Below are positions 25,700 to 40,000 of a stretch of 64,000 bases of DNA, one piece after another. The notes under the pieces are model-generated. The model saw only the letters and a list, made by a program, of their open reading frames with translations, was not told where the DNA came from and did no database searches. The translations under genes and the position numbers were made by a program. The stretch covers positions 186,001 to 250,000 of the forward strand of contig JAAOMT010000420.1 in NCBI GenBank assembly GCA_016748015.1, written 5' to 3'. How positions within the stretch are numbered: the stretch's first letter is position 1; each line of letters begins with the position of its first letter. Origin of the DNA: Geosiphon pyriformis uo1. Its lineage: Eukaryota; Fungi; Glomeromycota.

Positions 25700-27750
25700 T
25701 TATTTTAATTAATTTATAAATTAAAAAAAAATTTTTATATATAATTAAATCTTTAATTATAGTTGTAAAAAGTAGTAAATTTTATTAATATCTAAGTATT
25801 TTTTTGTTAACAACAAACTTTTTTGGCTTTAGTCTTAAAAAAACAAATTTAAATATAAAGTTTTTCTCATTTATGATATTATACAAAGTTATTTTTAACA
25901 AAAAAATTGTGTATTTGGTTTTAATTATATTGTAATTTATTATTAAATACAAAATTCAATTTAATTTTGTTAATAAAAATATATGTAAAAAATAAAATTA
26001 CTTAATTAAAAAAAAATTAAAACATATATCAAATTTGCTTAAAAATTTTTCAAATAAAACTGTATATTATCTACTGTTATACAATTTGAAACTGTTTAAT
26101 TAAATTCAAATTAAGAATAAAATAACTTTGGTAATTTGTTTTTTAATACTAAAAATATTCTTGGCAAATTTTTTAACCACAAATTATTAGATTTATAAAT
26201 AGCAAATTAAATTTTTCATAATTTTTTTTAGTTTTTAATTAGATTAAAAGTCAATTTTATAAACAATTTTTTATTAGATATAACAAAAATAATTTTAAAC
26301 AATGAAATTTTTTTAATTATTAATATGTTTAATGTTTTTTACTTTAAAAATAATGTTTTTGTTTTAGATATATTAAACTTTTAAAATATTTTAAAATAAT
26401 TAGATTTCTCAAATATTTTGATATTATTTTTACTAATTAACTATTAAACAATTATAAATAGTATTTTAATTAAAAAGATTTTTATTACTAAAAATATATA
26501 GATTTAAAAAGTTTGGTTTTTTTATAATTTACTTGTGTTTTAGATTTTATTATAAATAAAAATTTGGTTAAAACTTTTTATTGTCTTTTAAAAAGCATTT
26601 TAAAATAAATATATTAAATATAAATACTTTTATATTCATTTGTTTTGGTTTGTAAACAGCTTTTTTGTTTGATATCTCAATTTTTACAAATTAATCTGTC
26701 AAAAATTTTGGCTCTTTTAATGTTATTAATAATATTATAACTTATTTTTTTGAAATTAAATTAAGTATTAAAGTTTATAATTTATTGTTTTTAACTTTAA
26801 TTAAGATATAAACTATTGTTTTAGTATTTAATAATGTTTTAATATTATTTAATATCATAATTTTTTCTGATAGTCAAATATATTTAAATGTCTATAATAC
26901 TAAATTATTATTAAAAAATCTTAATTTTTATAATAGTTGCTAAATTAAATACTATTATATTAAATTTTGATCAAATTTAAAAATATTTTTGTCAATTAAA
27001 TAAAAGTTAAATATTATTTTAATGTTTTAAACAATAAACAGACTAATGTATTGGCAAATTAAATTATATTTTTAAAACTTATTTTTTTAATAAATATTAA
27101 AAATTTTTTTTTAATAATAACTAATTAAATAGTTTATAATAATATACATTATTTTATTAAGTTAATAAATAATATAATTAGGTGTTTTCTATAAAAAACT
27201 GGTTTAAATTCTAAAATTAAAAGTTTTTTATTTATTGGTAATATTAATTAATATTTTATTATATTGATTTAATATTTTAATTTTTATATAGCTATTAGTT
27301 TTATAAACAAGTTTATTATTAATTTATATATGTATTTAATAAAAGCTTTATACAAAAAATTACTAATTATTATTAGAAAATAGTTGTATAATAGTAAATA
27401 TTCAAACATATTGTGTATATATTATAAAAAAATAGAATTTTTAAATTATGTTTTTGTTTATAATTTAGATTTGTTTGTTTGTTAAAAACTATTAAGTAAA
27501 TAATTTTTTCTTTAAAAGTTTTTAATTAATATTAGTTTAATATTTTTAATAGTATTTTAATTATTGGTATTAAGTTTTTTTAATTTAATTTATACTTAGT
27601 TTTATATAAAAAGTTTATTTTTAAAGATTGGTTAATATAAATTAAGATAATTTTTGATATTATTAAAACTATTACATTAAAACTAATTAACTTTATACAA
27701 AAACTAATTATTAATTATAAAAATTATTTAATTCAAGACTATAAATAATA
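25700..27750 (+). mobile_element. Near-pure-AT LINE ORF2 fossil (post-RT to RNase H to C-terminus)
   Basis: Ghost motifs: attcttggcaaattttttaaccacaaattattagatttataa resembles ILGxLFxHRxLDLQ, and 26770-26830 resembles the RNase H segment V.GL.SST..ELQAIAL of younger copies. Confidence 0.55.
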
Positions 27751-27813
27751 ATAAAATAAAAAAGATTATTAAGTTTAATAGTATAATATATATTAATATT
27801 TTAAATATTTTGA

Positions 27814-28720
27814 TCATGCTTGCTGGAAGGCTAGGTCTGGTTCTTGGGTTGTGGTAGATAGTTTGTATGCTAATATCGACTGGTTCAAGTTCTCTATGGT
27901 GTGACATCTTGATTCTTACTTGGCTGCCGGCTTCACTACTATGCGAATGGCTAACTATTAGTCATATTTTATGAAGGTTTTCTATTGGTGACTGCTTGTT
28001 GCTGTGCACAAGCATTTATATAATAAGAGTTACCCCAGTGTGGTGTGTTTGTTCTGTGGTGATGTCGAAGTCTTGAACCATGTTTTTTCTTGTCCTCATG
28101 ATACTGCCAATTGTGCTCAGTTACTGAATGCTCATGCTTTGGCTTGGGAGGCTCTTTCTGGTTTGTTCCGCTCTTCTTCATGTGTTTTACAGTTACTGGC
28201 TTCTTGTGTTTTAGAGGTTGGAGTTGGCATGGCTCTGTTTAAAAACTTAATATTTAGTGGTTGGTGTCATAAGTCTGTTTTGGTTTTTGGTGATTCTAAG
28301 GTTGGGTGTGAAAGAATTGTGGCCTTTGTGTGTGGACTTTGTCTTGCTTTTTGGGAGGATATTTGGCTGGTTCATGCAAAACACTGAGTCTTGATGGAAA
28401 AGTGTGGGCTAATTCCTTATGATGGCTCCATTTCCGTCTTTGTTTCTGGTTTATCCAAGTGGCTCTCAGATGATATAGTTAAGTTGTTGGGTATCATGAA
28501 TGCATTTGGCATCAGTTTTGGGTTTCATAAGTCCTGTTTGTTTTTTTCAGGTGTTAGTGATGTAATTTCTGTTCTTATAAGTGCTTAGTATTGTTCTGAC
28601 TGGTCTAAATGGCTGGTTACATGTAGTAAAAGCATAATTTGTGCCTAGTTTAGATCATATAATGATGTATTTTATTAAATAGCGTTTGGATTTCACTTAT
28701 TAAATGTATAAAAAAAAAAA
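27814..28720 (+). mobile_element. 5'-truncated LINE (about 0.9 kb) with poly(A) and 11-bp TSD
   Basis: ORF2 C-terminus (CLFCGDVEVLNHVFSC..DIWLVHAKH), conserved 3'UTR, A-run ending about 28723. AAATATTTTGA at both 27803-27813 and 28721-28731. Confidence 0.88.
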
Positions 28721-29418
28721 AAATATTTTGAATATAGTGTCTTATAAAATTATATATTTATTAAAAATAATTAAAAAGTATGTTATTGGTTTTAAATTAA
28801 GAATTAGTTATATGTTTTTCTTTAATATAATTATTAATGTATTTATTAATATAATTATATAGTATTATTTTAATTAGTTAAATAATTAATTATATATAAT
28901 AAACATATAAATTATATATAATTTAAAATTTTAAATAGTTATATTATATTAAACAGTAATTGAATTCTACTTAAAAAATAAAAAAAAGCATTTTAAAATT
29001 TTTTGGTTTTAAAACAAATAATTATATATTTAATATAATATATAAAAAACCAAATTTTTATTAATTATACAGAATTTTTTATTAAAAAAAGCCAAAAAAT
29101 TAAATAGATTATAAATAATTATGTTTATTAACATATAAAAAATTATTTAATAATAGTTTTTAAAAATTCATGTTTTTTTTAATATTAATTTTTATATATA
29201 AATTTTTATTAATTATAATTAATTAATTATAATCTATATTACAAATTAATAAACTGTAATTTAATTAATATGAATTAGGATAAAGTTTTAAAAAATTTTT
29301 TCTCTTGTCGATCTCCTGATCACAATGAGAGCAAAAGATTTTTTGGAGAAATTGCTTTTCTTTTTTCCTTTCTTCTTAGTTTATTTAAGCCATTTCTTCT
29401 ACTGAACTCTTTTTTGTC

Positions 29419-31375
29419 ATGATAGAACCAGTTGGTTTGTTTGCTGATGGCTCTGGCTTGATTTCAGCTGGTCTGGAGACCCGTCTGAATGCTAAAAAAA
29501 CCGTTTGAATAGTGTGTATTCTCATGGTGCTTCACAAAAAAACCAAGGAAACATGTCACTGAAGCAAGTGTTATCAATTTGTTTGCTGGCTCTTTGAGTC
29601 TTGAGAATGTGGCAAGCACTAGTGAGAAGCTTACTGTGTCTTGGGACAGTGAGATGGGTAGCAAAGCTAGTAGTATTAGTGGTCTGTTAGATGTAAAGAA
29701 CATGAGAAATACGGTTGCTGAGAAAATGAGTTATGTGAATTCTGACAATTTAGTAGTTGACAAGGACATGGATGACACAACGCTATGAAAAACTTGCACC
29801 CGAATGTACATGCTTGGCCAACCTTCAAAAGATCTGGTGTTTACCCATATAAGCAATGTCAATGACAACGACGCTATATTGCTTCTATTATCTAAGTTCA
29901 TTGGATCCAAGCATCTCCCATTGGCTAAGTTACATGTTTCAAAAAAATGGAGCTTCAATTTGACCAAATCTTTCACTTTTGATATTGAGCTTTCTGCAGT
30001 ACTGGGTAAAACTTCTAGTGAAAAATTGTTCAACATAAAAAAATTTTTTTATCAAGTGAATAAGTTTGGGAGAGCTTCCACTCCCTCAAAATTTTCAGAA
30101 ATCATCAAATTTTCCTTTACTTCTGAATTTAGTTTAAATAAGACAAAGGAATTGGCAATTTGTGAGAAAATTCTTGTTAATAATAATTTAAGAAAGGTAA
30201 ACATTTGCTCTGATTGGGAAATAATTGTTAAAGAGATTCCAGTCAATTTTTCCAAATTGGTTGTGGAATTTGTTTTTTTCAAATTTGGTAAAGTGGTATC
30301 TATTAAAATACAACTGATTGGTTTGTGGCAAAAAGTCTTAATGAAGTTTGACTTGTTTGAAGTAGCTAGTTTAGTTGCTTTTAAATGGTCTGTTTTTATG
30401 AGAAAAAATTCTGTGTGTGTAACTTTGGCAATTAATGATAAGCAATTATAAATGTTAAAAGACTGATATTAAACATTGTTATACACATTATCAGTTAGAA
30501 TTATAACTCATAATTTCTTTGATTTGTTGTTTTCTTATGGTGGAAAAACATGTTTCATTGGTTGCAATCCGAGTTCATATGTCTGTAACAGATGTGTAGT
30601 AGTTTGTTTTAAAGATGAGACATCCAGAGTGGTTGCTGTTGGTTCTATTCCAGTTTTCAAGAGTGTAAATTTGTATTGAACTGGGCTTTTTTTGGCTTGT
30701 TACATCCAGTGTAAACAATTTGGTCATATGTCTGTTGATTGTGCAATAAGTGGTAATTTCAGTAGTTGTGGTAAATGAGTGACTCAGAATTAGATTTGTC
30801 TGGCCAATATCTATAAAAAAAGCAGGCTCCAATTGCCTGCCCAGTTTTTTTTGGTAGTAAAACTTGGGCTTAGGTTGCTGGTAGTGTTTTTTCTCAAATT
30901 TTTTCCTTAGTTAGTTCTGGTGCCAGCTCATTTTTAGATGTGAAATTGCTCTTGTCTAAATTCAATCCTTTTAAAGTTTCTTGTTTAAATGATCATTTAA
31001 TGGTCTTGGAATGTTCTTTGGAGTTCTTGTCTGACCAGGTTTCTAATATTCTGAGGAAGTTGAGTTTTGTTAAGTTAGTGCTTTTGGTTTCTTCTTTCTG
31101 TGCTTCTCTGCCAGCTGATCCCATGTCTGTGGCTTTGGTTTTGGATTTGAATATGGCTGTGGATAATGTGTTGCTGTCCATTGTTTCCCCTTTTGGTTGT
31201 TATTGACAAGCCTACTGGTTATTTTGGCCAAAGCAGTTCAAAGATTCTAACCTCTAAGATGGGCAGTTTAGAGTCAAAAATGGTAGCTCTGGAAGCATCA
31301 GTTAATTTGGTCTTGGCAAAGTTAGATGTTTTGTGTTTGGGTTTAGGTTCCTTGTTAAATCCATTCCATTCATAA
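29419..31375 (+). pseudogene. LINE ORF1 (RRM-like region, CCHC knuckle, coiled coil)
   Basis: Fragments IIVKEIPV..FGKVVSIKIQLIGLWQK, QCKQFGHMSVDC, LECSLEFLSDQV, LESKMVALEASV. Confidence 0.8.
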
Positions 31376-34300
31376 ATAATTTGGTCTGGAAATTTGCTAT
31401 GTGTAATGTTTGGAGTATCAATGTTTCTGCAAAACAAGTAGATATTGTGCATTGGCATGTGGATTCTGGTAGTTTTGTGTTTTTTATCATGAAAACTAAA
31501 TTACAATCTTGTGTTAGGCCTTGGATTGCTAATAAATTTGAGAGTGTATGTGTTTTTACATCTGGTTTGGATAATAGATTTCTTGGGGCTGGAGTGGCTA
31601 TAATTATAAACAATTCTTTGGCTCATCATGTGTTCAAAGTAGAGAAGGTTTTTGGTTGAGTTCTTTTAGTCTGACTTTTATTTAGAGGCAAGTTGTTAGT
31701 TATATTTTTGGGTTTGTATGCTGGTGCTTCTTCTGGAACTAGGTTTGGTCAAGTTTTGAAGATAAACTCTTTGATTGCAAAGACTGTCAACTCCAGTATT
31801 TTTGTGGTTTTGAATGAAGATTTCAATAAGAATGAATCTGAGAGAAGTGCTAGCTTTAAGTTTTATAGGGATTTGGGTTTGGTTAATTCATTTGCTGACT
31901 ATCAGTTGATTAACTCTTTCACATGGAAAAATTCTAAAGAGGTCGAGAAAACGATTGATTACATTTTTGTTAGTAAAAATTTATCTTCTGCTGTTGCTGG
32001 TCACCAAGTTTGCTCTGTGTCTGATTTCTTTGACACCAATCACAATGCTATATTGGTTTTAATTAGCCTGGGTGGGTTTTTGGATGTTCATTTAAACAGC
32101 TTACATAAATAAACTAACAAAAATCATTGAAAATTCAAAATCAAGAATGCTAATGTCTTCAAGTGAACCAAATTTAGGGATTGCACTTCTGCCAAACTTT
32201 TAGTTCTTGCTGACAAATTTTCTGGTGCAAAATTTTGTGATAATATAGATGCTATGTGGGCAATTTTGGAAGAGATCATGGTGGCTTTGGCTGATAAGGT
32301 TTTTTTAAGACATTGGTTTAGCAAGTTTTAGTGTTTAAGGAATAAACACTCTTCCAGGTTTTTTGGTTTGAAAATGTTGGTTGCTAAAGTTGTTAGAAAA
32401 TTCAGCTCTGGTGACATGCCTGAGATTAATCGTCTTGTTAAGATGTGATCAACTCTGGATGATGCTAAGACTTATGCTTTCAATGATGTACTGTGTTTGG
32501 GAGTGAAATCTGTGAAGGTTTTCAAGCATTTGTCATTAGTTCATAAAGGATACAGAAAGTCTAAAATGCATGAATCAAAGCTGGCTGAAGAAGCTTCTAT
32601 CAAAAAGATAATTGTAGAGCATATAGAAAACTTTTGTTCCAACAAAAGTAATATAATTCAGAGCATTTTGAAACAGCCTTTTCACAAGATAGTTCTGGAT
32701 TACTTAATGATGGAAAATGAACTGGTTTTGGAGCTGGAGGAGGTGAAATTGAGTGTGGATCGGATTATGAAAGACTAGACAAGAAAGCATACAGTGCCTT
32801 TGGTTTTACTTGATTGCTGGACTTATTAGTACACACCTTTGGTCTATGTTAGAAATGATGCTTTTTCTGGTGTAATGTGTACAGTCAGTATGAATGAGTT
32901 GCTCTCAATTGTTGGTGGCCTGCCTAATAGTAAAGCCATTGGCTTGTCTGGTATTCCCAATAAATTATGGAAACATAATGGTAAGATGGTGTTGGAGTGT
33001 TTTTTGGTGCTGCTGAATGCATATTTAGAGTCTGGTGGTATGTCTGCACTGTAGAAGAGGGCTTGGATTTTGATGATTCCTAAACCTTATGACTGGGATG
33101 GAGTTCTTATGAACACTTGTCTCATAGCTCTAATCAAAACTGCCAGAAAGATTCTGTCAAAAATTTTGTCTGATCATATTTTATTGGCATGTAGTAAGTT
33201 CAATATTCTCCGAGGTGATAACTTTTCAGTATTGAAGGATATGTCCATGCAGTCTCCAGTGTTTGCTGTTGGATCAGTGGTTGAGGATGCTCTTGAAAAG
33301 AATAAGGAAATTTGGTTGGTCTTACAGGATATGCAGAAGGTTTATGATTTGGTTGGATGGCACCACTTAAGAAATAGTCTACGGCATATTAAAATGTATA
33401 AGAGATTTATCAAATTTTTTGGTAGCATACATGAGAATAGGGTTAAAAAAGTGATGACTGATTTTGGTTTGTCAGATGGTTATAGGGTGCATAATGGTTT
33501 GGATTAGGATGAGGTCTTTTCACCTCTTCTTTGGAAAATCTTTTATAATCCACTTTTGTGTGAGGTTAAGAGGCATGAACAATTGTGTGGATATTGGATT
33601 GATTCTAAGTTTGTTTCAAAAACCAGCAGAATTAAGAATAATGATGAAAGGACTTCTTATTTTGCTGTAAGTGCATTTATTGATGACACTATTTGGATTG
33701 GAAACTGTTAAGCATTCATACAGTTTGCTCTGAATATTGTCAGTGAGTTCTTTGAGGTCAATGACATTTCTATTAACAGTAAAAAAACAGTAGTCATTCC
33801 CATCAATCAGAACATCAAGATTCTGTTATTGAATATTTGTGGTTGTCTTATCACTATTGCCAAGAAAAGAGAAGCTCATCATTATTTAAAAATTTTTTTG
33901 TCTATTAAGAGCTTATCTAAGCCAAGTGTTGCCAAAACTCATTCTGATGTCCATTTTTTTGTTAATGTTGTGCTTTGGAAGGCCATTACAGATAAACAAT
34001 TCTCTTATTTAGTGTTGGCTGTCTCGTAGCTTATAATCAGTTATCAGACTCAGTTCAGTTTTGTTTTGTCAAATATGTGTCACAAATAGAATGTTATGGT
34101 TAGAAAAGATTTCAAGCTAAAAGCAGTGTTACAAATAAACTTGGTGGGGTATGGTAGTAATGTTTGGTGCTCGATTTTGGTGTTCTGGATTGGTTGGCTT
34201 TTCATTATCTCAATATTATCAGTCTCTAAAGGTCTATTTCTGCATGTAAATTTATCCATTGAGTTCTTTGATTATAAGGCACAAAGGTCGTATTTCATCG

Positions 34301-37062
34301 ATTGCAACATTTTTGTAAAGATGAGTTTTTTGCTCCAAGCTAATAAGCATAGTTGTTAGGGTCTGGTGTTGTCTTTTCACTCTTCTGGTAAGCTTAACAA
34401 AATAAAGTTAATATTCAAAACCTAGGGAGAGCTGTCCTCTTTTACCAGGCTATCATGAAGTCTATTCTCAGACAGTCAATTTTACTATGTTGCTGTTCCA
34501 CAAAAAGAAAGAAAGAAAGAAAGAAAGAAAAAAGAAAAGAAAAAGAAAAGAAAAGAAAAGAAAAGATTAGTATCATCAATTACCATGATCAAGAGCAATT
34601 GGTCCAAGTCGTTAATGGTTCAAGGTAATTATGCTAAAAGCATCTGTCCTAGAATAGAGGTAGGAAACAATAATTTCAATTGAAATGTAGACATTGGAGG
34701 AACAGGGATTTGCAATTTGGAATATATGATTTATTTAGGAATATGTGTATAAGCTAACAAATAAGAGAGTAAAAAAAATTGATTCTTGTCTAGCTGTCTG
34801 TCCTTTTTTCTAACTTCTATGACTACTTATTTTTATACATTTTTTTGGTTTTACAGGATTGCTTTTAATTGTTATATTATTACTAGCTATTGCTTTGTTA
34901 TTTCTGTTATTGCTTCATTATTCTACATTATTGCTAGTTATCTTATGTTATAACATGTTATCTGACATTATTATATGCTATTCTGTGTTATCCTATGTTA
35001 TCCTAAGTTATAACGTGTTATTTCACATTATTGTGTGTTATCTTGTGTTATGTCACGTTTTGTTCACATTTTGGTCACGTTTTTCTCATAACTTGGATTG
35101 GTTTTTTCTACTCAGGTAACAGCAGATTTGTCCTGTAACTTCCCTGATATGGCTTTATATTATCTCTCTTTGTATAATCTAAAGCTGTTTATGTAAGTAC
35201 AATCTGAAGTGAAGGTAGCTGCTTTGGTCTCTTTTTCTAATGCTGTGAACATTCTTGGTTGCTTGTTTGGTTATAGATTCTTGGACTTGCAGATTTTGAG
35301 TTGCACTCCTTTGAATCCTTTGCAGTTTCCTATTAGATTATGTATTAGTCCAGTGAATAATTTTTTAGCAGATTTGGTAAAAATTTTTTTGGACAATGAG
35401 CTCTTTCTAGCAAACAATTTTCTGAATGCTTTTGGTAATTCTGGTTGTTTTCCAATGTCATTTGTTCTTGGAAAGTCTTTGTACTTCGATTTTGTCTGTT
35501 CTCTGAGGGATTTTGAGATGGCTTTCGGTAATTAGCTTTTTGATAGGAAGGGTGGATTGTTGGATTAGAAAATCTTTCATTGTTGGAAGAAGTTGGATTC
35601 ATGTGGCCCTGTTCCTCAATGGTTTGTGGTTGTGTCTAAGCATTTAATAGGTCTGGGTTTTCCTTTGTCTGGTTCTGCTAAACTTGATCAGTTGGGTGTT
35701 ATGAACATTCTTGGGTTTGATAAGTTCTCTGCTGTGAAAGATGATTTGCATAATATTTGGTCTGGTTCTTTTGAGGTGTTTACTGATGGGTTTTTGAGAG
35801 AAGCTGGCTTTGCTGGTGTTGCTAGTGGAGCAGCTGCTTATTTTCTGGTTTTGGACCTGGGTGTTGGTGTTTCTGTTCATGGTCTTGTGTCCTTTACAAT
35901 GGCCAAATTACAGACTATTACTCTGTCCTTGAAATGTATCCCATCTTCTAGTACAGTGTTTATGCATCTTGACAGTTAGGCTGCTATTGATGCTTGCTTA
36001 GCTAAACTGTTTTCTGCTGTGCCTAATTTTTGCAATCCATGCTGGATTAAGAAACATCACATTTTTAACCTAATCAGAAAGAAGGATTTGAATATGGCTT
36101 GAGTTAAGCTTAAAGAACATTCAAGAATCTATGATAATATAAGGGCTAATCTGATGGTGGATATGGCTGTTCACTTTCCCTTTTTACTTTTAGCTGAGAT
36201 GTGTGAACACTTTTTGGTGACTGAAGACACATCTGTTTCTGGTAATGCTCACCATTTTATTAGAGATATCTTTTGGTCAGTTTGTCATGCTTGTTGGGAA
36301 GCTGGTCTTGGTCGCAATGTGATCCCACAAGAGCTGATTAGTTGTGTGAACTGGGCTGCTACAACAAAGGTGTGACATTTTGATTCTCATATGCTTGCTG
36401 GGTTTATTAGTCAAAAGTCTTCTAATCTGTGCATATACCTAATAAAGGCTGTGCACAGGTGGTTGCCAGTAGTAGTTAGAAAGAAGATGTATAACAAGTG
36501 TTACCCTGGTGTGTTGTGTTTGTTGTGTGACAAAATGGAATTCTCTGATCATGCTTTTACTTGTGCCCATGATATTGGTGTTTATGATGAGGTTTTGGTC
36601 AAAGCTTCTGCTTATTGGTCTCTTTTGTCTGGTAATTTTATTTTGTTTGTGTCTGCTATTTTGTGGGTTCTGTCTTAATGTTCCTTGGATGTTAGATTGT
36701 ATGCTGTGGTGTGTAAGGGATTTGTGTTGAGTAAATGATATAAAGAGACTTATAGCACTTTTGAGGATAAAAAGAAAGTGGATGCTCAAGTTGTTGATTT
36801 TGTAAAGTCTGTTGTTGAGTTGCATTATGTAAAAACATAGTTAGTTAAATCTAGTCATAGGGTGGATATGGAGTGGGTCAGTCTAGTTTATGATGGTGGG
36901 ATGATTTCTGGACTGTTTTATAGTGTGTTTTCAGTGTTATCTGATGAGATGATTAAATTGCTTGGTGTGATTGAGTTTTTTGCAGTTAGTTTTGGTCATT
37001 GTGAGCCATGTAGTTTCTTTTCTGGTCTGAGTGGTGTAGTACAGATTAATATAGAAAAGTAG
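31372..37062 (+). pseudogene. LINE ORF2: AP endonuclease, RT, RNase H, C-terminal CCHC
   Basis: WKFAMCNV, GAGVAII, EDFN, TIDYIFV, TNHNA (APE); IPKP, LQDMQKVYDLV, AFIDDTIWI (RT); VFTDGFL..AKLQTI..LDS (RH); CLLCDKMEFSDHAFTC. Interrupted at 34127-35121. Confidence 0.88.
34127..35121 (-). mobile_element. Family B solo LTR (995 bp)
   Basis: TGTTAC...GTAACA ends; perfect TSD GCAG (34123-34126 and 35122-35125). Removal restores LINE frame FKLKADLSCNFPD. Homologous to 51263-52335. Orientation inferred from the TATA and A-rich strand. Confidence 0.9.
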
Positions 37063-40000
37063 TGTTGTCTTGTCTGGCCTGAATGGCTAGCCACATGTAG
37101 TAAGTGTATGAGCCACATTTAGTTTAGGTCACTTAGTCTGGCTCTATATACTAGATAGCAGTTGGACTTCACTCATTAATTGCATTAATAAAAAAATAAT
37201 TAATTAATATTATTTTATTAAACTTAGTAAAAACAAATTTTATAGTTAATTTAAAAAAATTAATTAGAATTTTTTTAATATTTATTTTCTAATTTATATA
37301 TTTATTTATTTATTTTAAATTAATATTTGATATAATATTTATTTTTATTGCCAAAATTTTAATCTTATTTAAGCTTAATTTAAACATAAATATTGATTAA
37401 AAAATTTTTTAAAATTTTAAATGAATAAAAACCTTTTAAAATTATTTATTTAATAAAAAATCTTTAATTTTTCAATTTTTTAATAAGTATAATCCAATTA
37501 CTATCTAATATATAGAATCAAGATTAAAAACTTTAATTAAATGTAATTTATACTTTTACTACATATAACCAGTCACTTGAACCAATTAAAACAATACTAA
37601 GCTCTTATATAAATTAACACTTTACTATTTAGACCAGAAAAAAACAAGTAAGACTTATAAAAACCAAAATTAATCTCAAAAAACTCATCAATACTAATTA
37701 ATCTAATTATTTTATCTAATAATTCTGACACTAAATTACAAGAAACATTAAATACTATTCCAAAATTACTGATTAAATTACATTTTTTTATATCTGTTTT
37801 GTATTTGAATCTAAACTTCCATAAATCTAAATAATATTATTTACTCAAATTATATACAAAGTTAACTAAAATTTGGACAGTTTTTTATAATTCTTGAATA
37901 TTTATACAGCTTTATTAAGCCAATTTTTAAGCATAAAATTTTTGCAGAAAAGTATATACAGGCCAATATCTAATAAACATAAAAAAAAAGATTTCACAAT
38001 CAAGAAAAATAATAAAAGATAAGACCTTGTCAAAGATTTTTAAATCATAATTTGGTCAAGCAAAATTTTTTTACAAAAATCAGATTTCTTGAAACAGATA
38101 AACACATAATTAAAGAACTCAATCTCTTCACACTACAAATACAAAACATCTGGATAACTTTTATTATAAAGTTTTTTTTGACTGCAATAAACAATTTTTT
38201 ATGAACTGCTTTTATGAAATATATATACAAACCAGCCAAAATCTTACTTGTAAAATCTAACAGCATATGTAAATTTGAATGTCAAACTACAACAGTCTAA
38301 ATTCAATTAATATTTTAAATTAAAGAACAATTTATTACTTTGGAATTAAGTCTAGTCTTCTAGCAAATATAACTTACTAATTTATATATATATTGAACAA
38401 AATAATGAATATTACCAAAAACTAACAAATTATTAGTCTTAATAAAGCATTTGTGCACATTGCTGAACAACAACAGAGAAAAATAAGCAGTTTTACTTAC
38501 TAAAGTATCTACTTTAATATTACTTAAAATGCATAATTTTTCTTAATTTTTAACTAAACTATTAAGAAATTTTTATTACTGTCTAAGTTTGCAATATGTT
38601 TTCTTTCTATTCAGCAATAGTTTTGAAAATCTGGATTTAGCAGCTCTAATTTTAAGATATATATATTAATAATAGTTTGGTTGTCTAAGTACACAATTAC
38701 AGCACAAGAAAAGAGCACATATTTTAAAGCCAAAACAACAATCTATAATTTAGCTATTGTCAATAACAACAATTTATTAATTCTAACACTAACATTCAAA
38801 TTAACTTTGAAAAAATATGTGATAGTCCCATCAACCATAGTGAAAGAACCAAAATCTTTCAAAGATCTATCTGTATATATAATAATTACATTCAATTAAA
38901 TTTTGTAAAAATGTTTTTTTAAATTCAAAAATTAATTTATTAACAAAATATTACCATTTTCTGTTTTAGAAACTATGCTAAAAAAACCAGCACAAACTTA
39001 GTATTGTGCAAAAATTTTGATGTTAAAACAAACCAAAAAAGTACCAACTTCCTAAGATTTAACTTTTTTCAGCAATAAAATATTTTTTAATCCATAACTC
39101 CATCTTATTTATTTAAAAATATGTTACAAAAAGCTATACTAAATTTTTTTAAAAAACCAATTTTTTTAAAATACAATAAAACTTCTAAGATACTTAACAT
39201 AAAAAATTTGCCAAGACTAAAAAATATACAAGACAGATTATTTGCTAATAAGAAACTATTGTCTAAAAAAATACACATTATTTTAGCCAAAAAATTGTTA
39301 AAAAGACTGACACACAATCTTACTGGATGCTGTAAAAAATTCAAGAAAGCTTAGCCTAAAACTTGCAAATCCAAAAATTTGTATTCAAAAAGCTAATCAA
39401 TAATTTTAGAAACATTCATAAAGACAATAATTAATACAATTTTTTTTTCAGCTTGAATTTGTTCAAATATTTTCAGATCATAAAATAAAGAATAATACAA
39501 TGTCTTATCTGGCCAGGTGGAATCTTAAGCTGAACTGACATCATTTCTGGCCGCTGGTGCTTTTATTGATAATACCATCTGGGTCAGTAACAGCCAGGCT
39601 GCTACACAACACATCTTCAATGTTGCTAGTAATTTCTTTCATTTGAATAATATTTTGATAAACAATGACAAGACTGTGGTCATTCCTATTAACTGTCAGG
39701 TCATTGCTCCTTATCTAACTATTAGTGATCTGCCAATTTTTATCGCTAAAAAAGGTGAATCTCATCATTATCTGGGGATTTTTTTATCTTCTGAAGGTCT
39801 TTTGAAGCCTAGCTTGGTTAAGGCACATTCGGATGTTTGGTTCTTTGTCAATCTCATTCTAAGAAAAGTTATTTCAGATAAACAGTTTGCTTATTTGGTG
39901 TCTTTAGTTCTTTTTCCTATCATTGGCTACAGAACTCAGTTCAGTTTTATTCCTCTTAGTGTGTGTAATAAATGGAACGCGTTGATTTGCAAGGGCCTGA

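Larger units (their letters stand above)
29295..37196 (+). mobile_element. Full-length RNase H-containing LINE (degenerate), with a solo LTR inserted
   Basis: 5'UTR, ORF1, ORF2 (APE-RT-RH-CCHC), 3'UTR and A-rich tail at about 37190. The 5' boundary is approximate. Confidence 0.9.

Noticed and set aside
25300-27800. AT-rich tract as an organelle or endosymbiont DNA insertion
   Set aside because: Residual motifs follow LINE ORF2 order; no rRNA, tRNA or bacterial ORF signal.
34859-35119. Hydrophobic ORFs (also 51951-52382) as env or membrane proteins
   Set aside because: Translations of T-rich TGTTAT repeats on the antisense strand of solo LTRs.
29250-37220. TSD for the full-length LINE
   Set aside because: Flanks are low-complexity AT, so candidate duplications cannot be told from chance.
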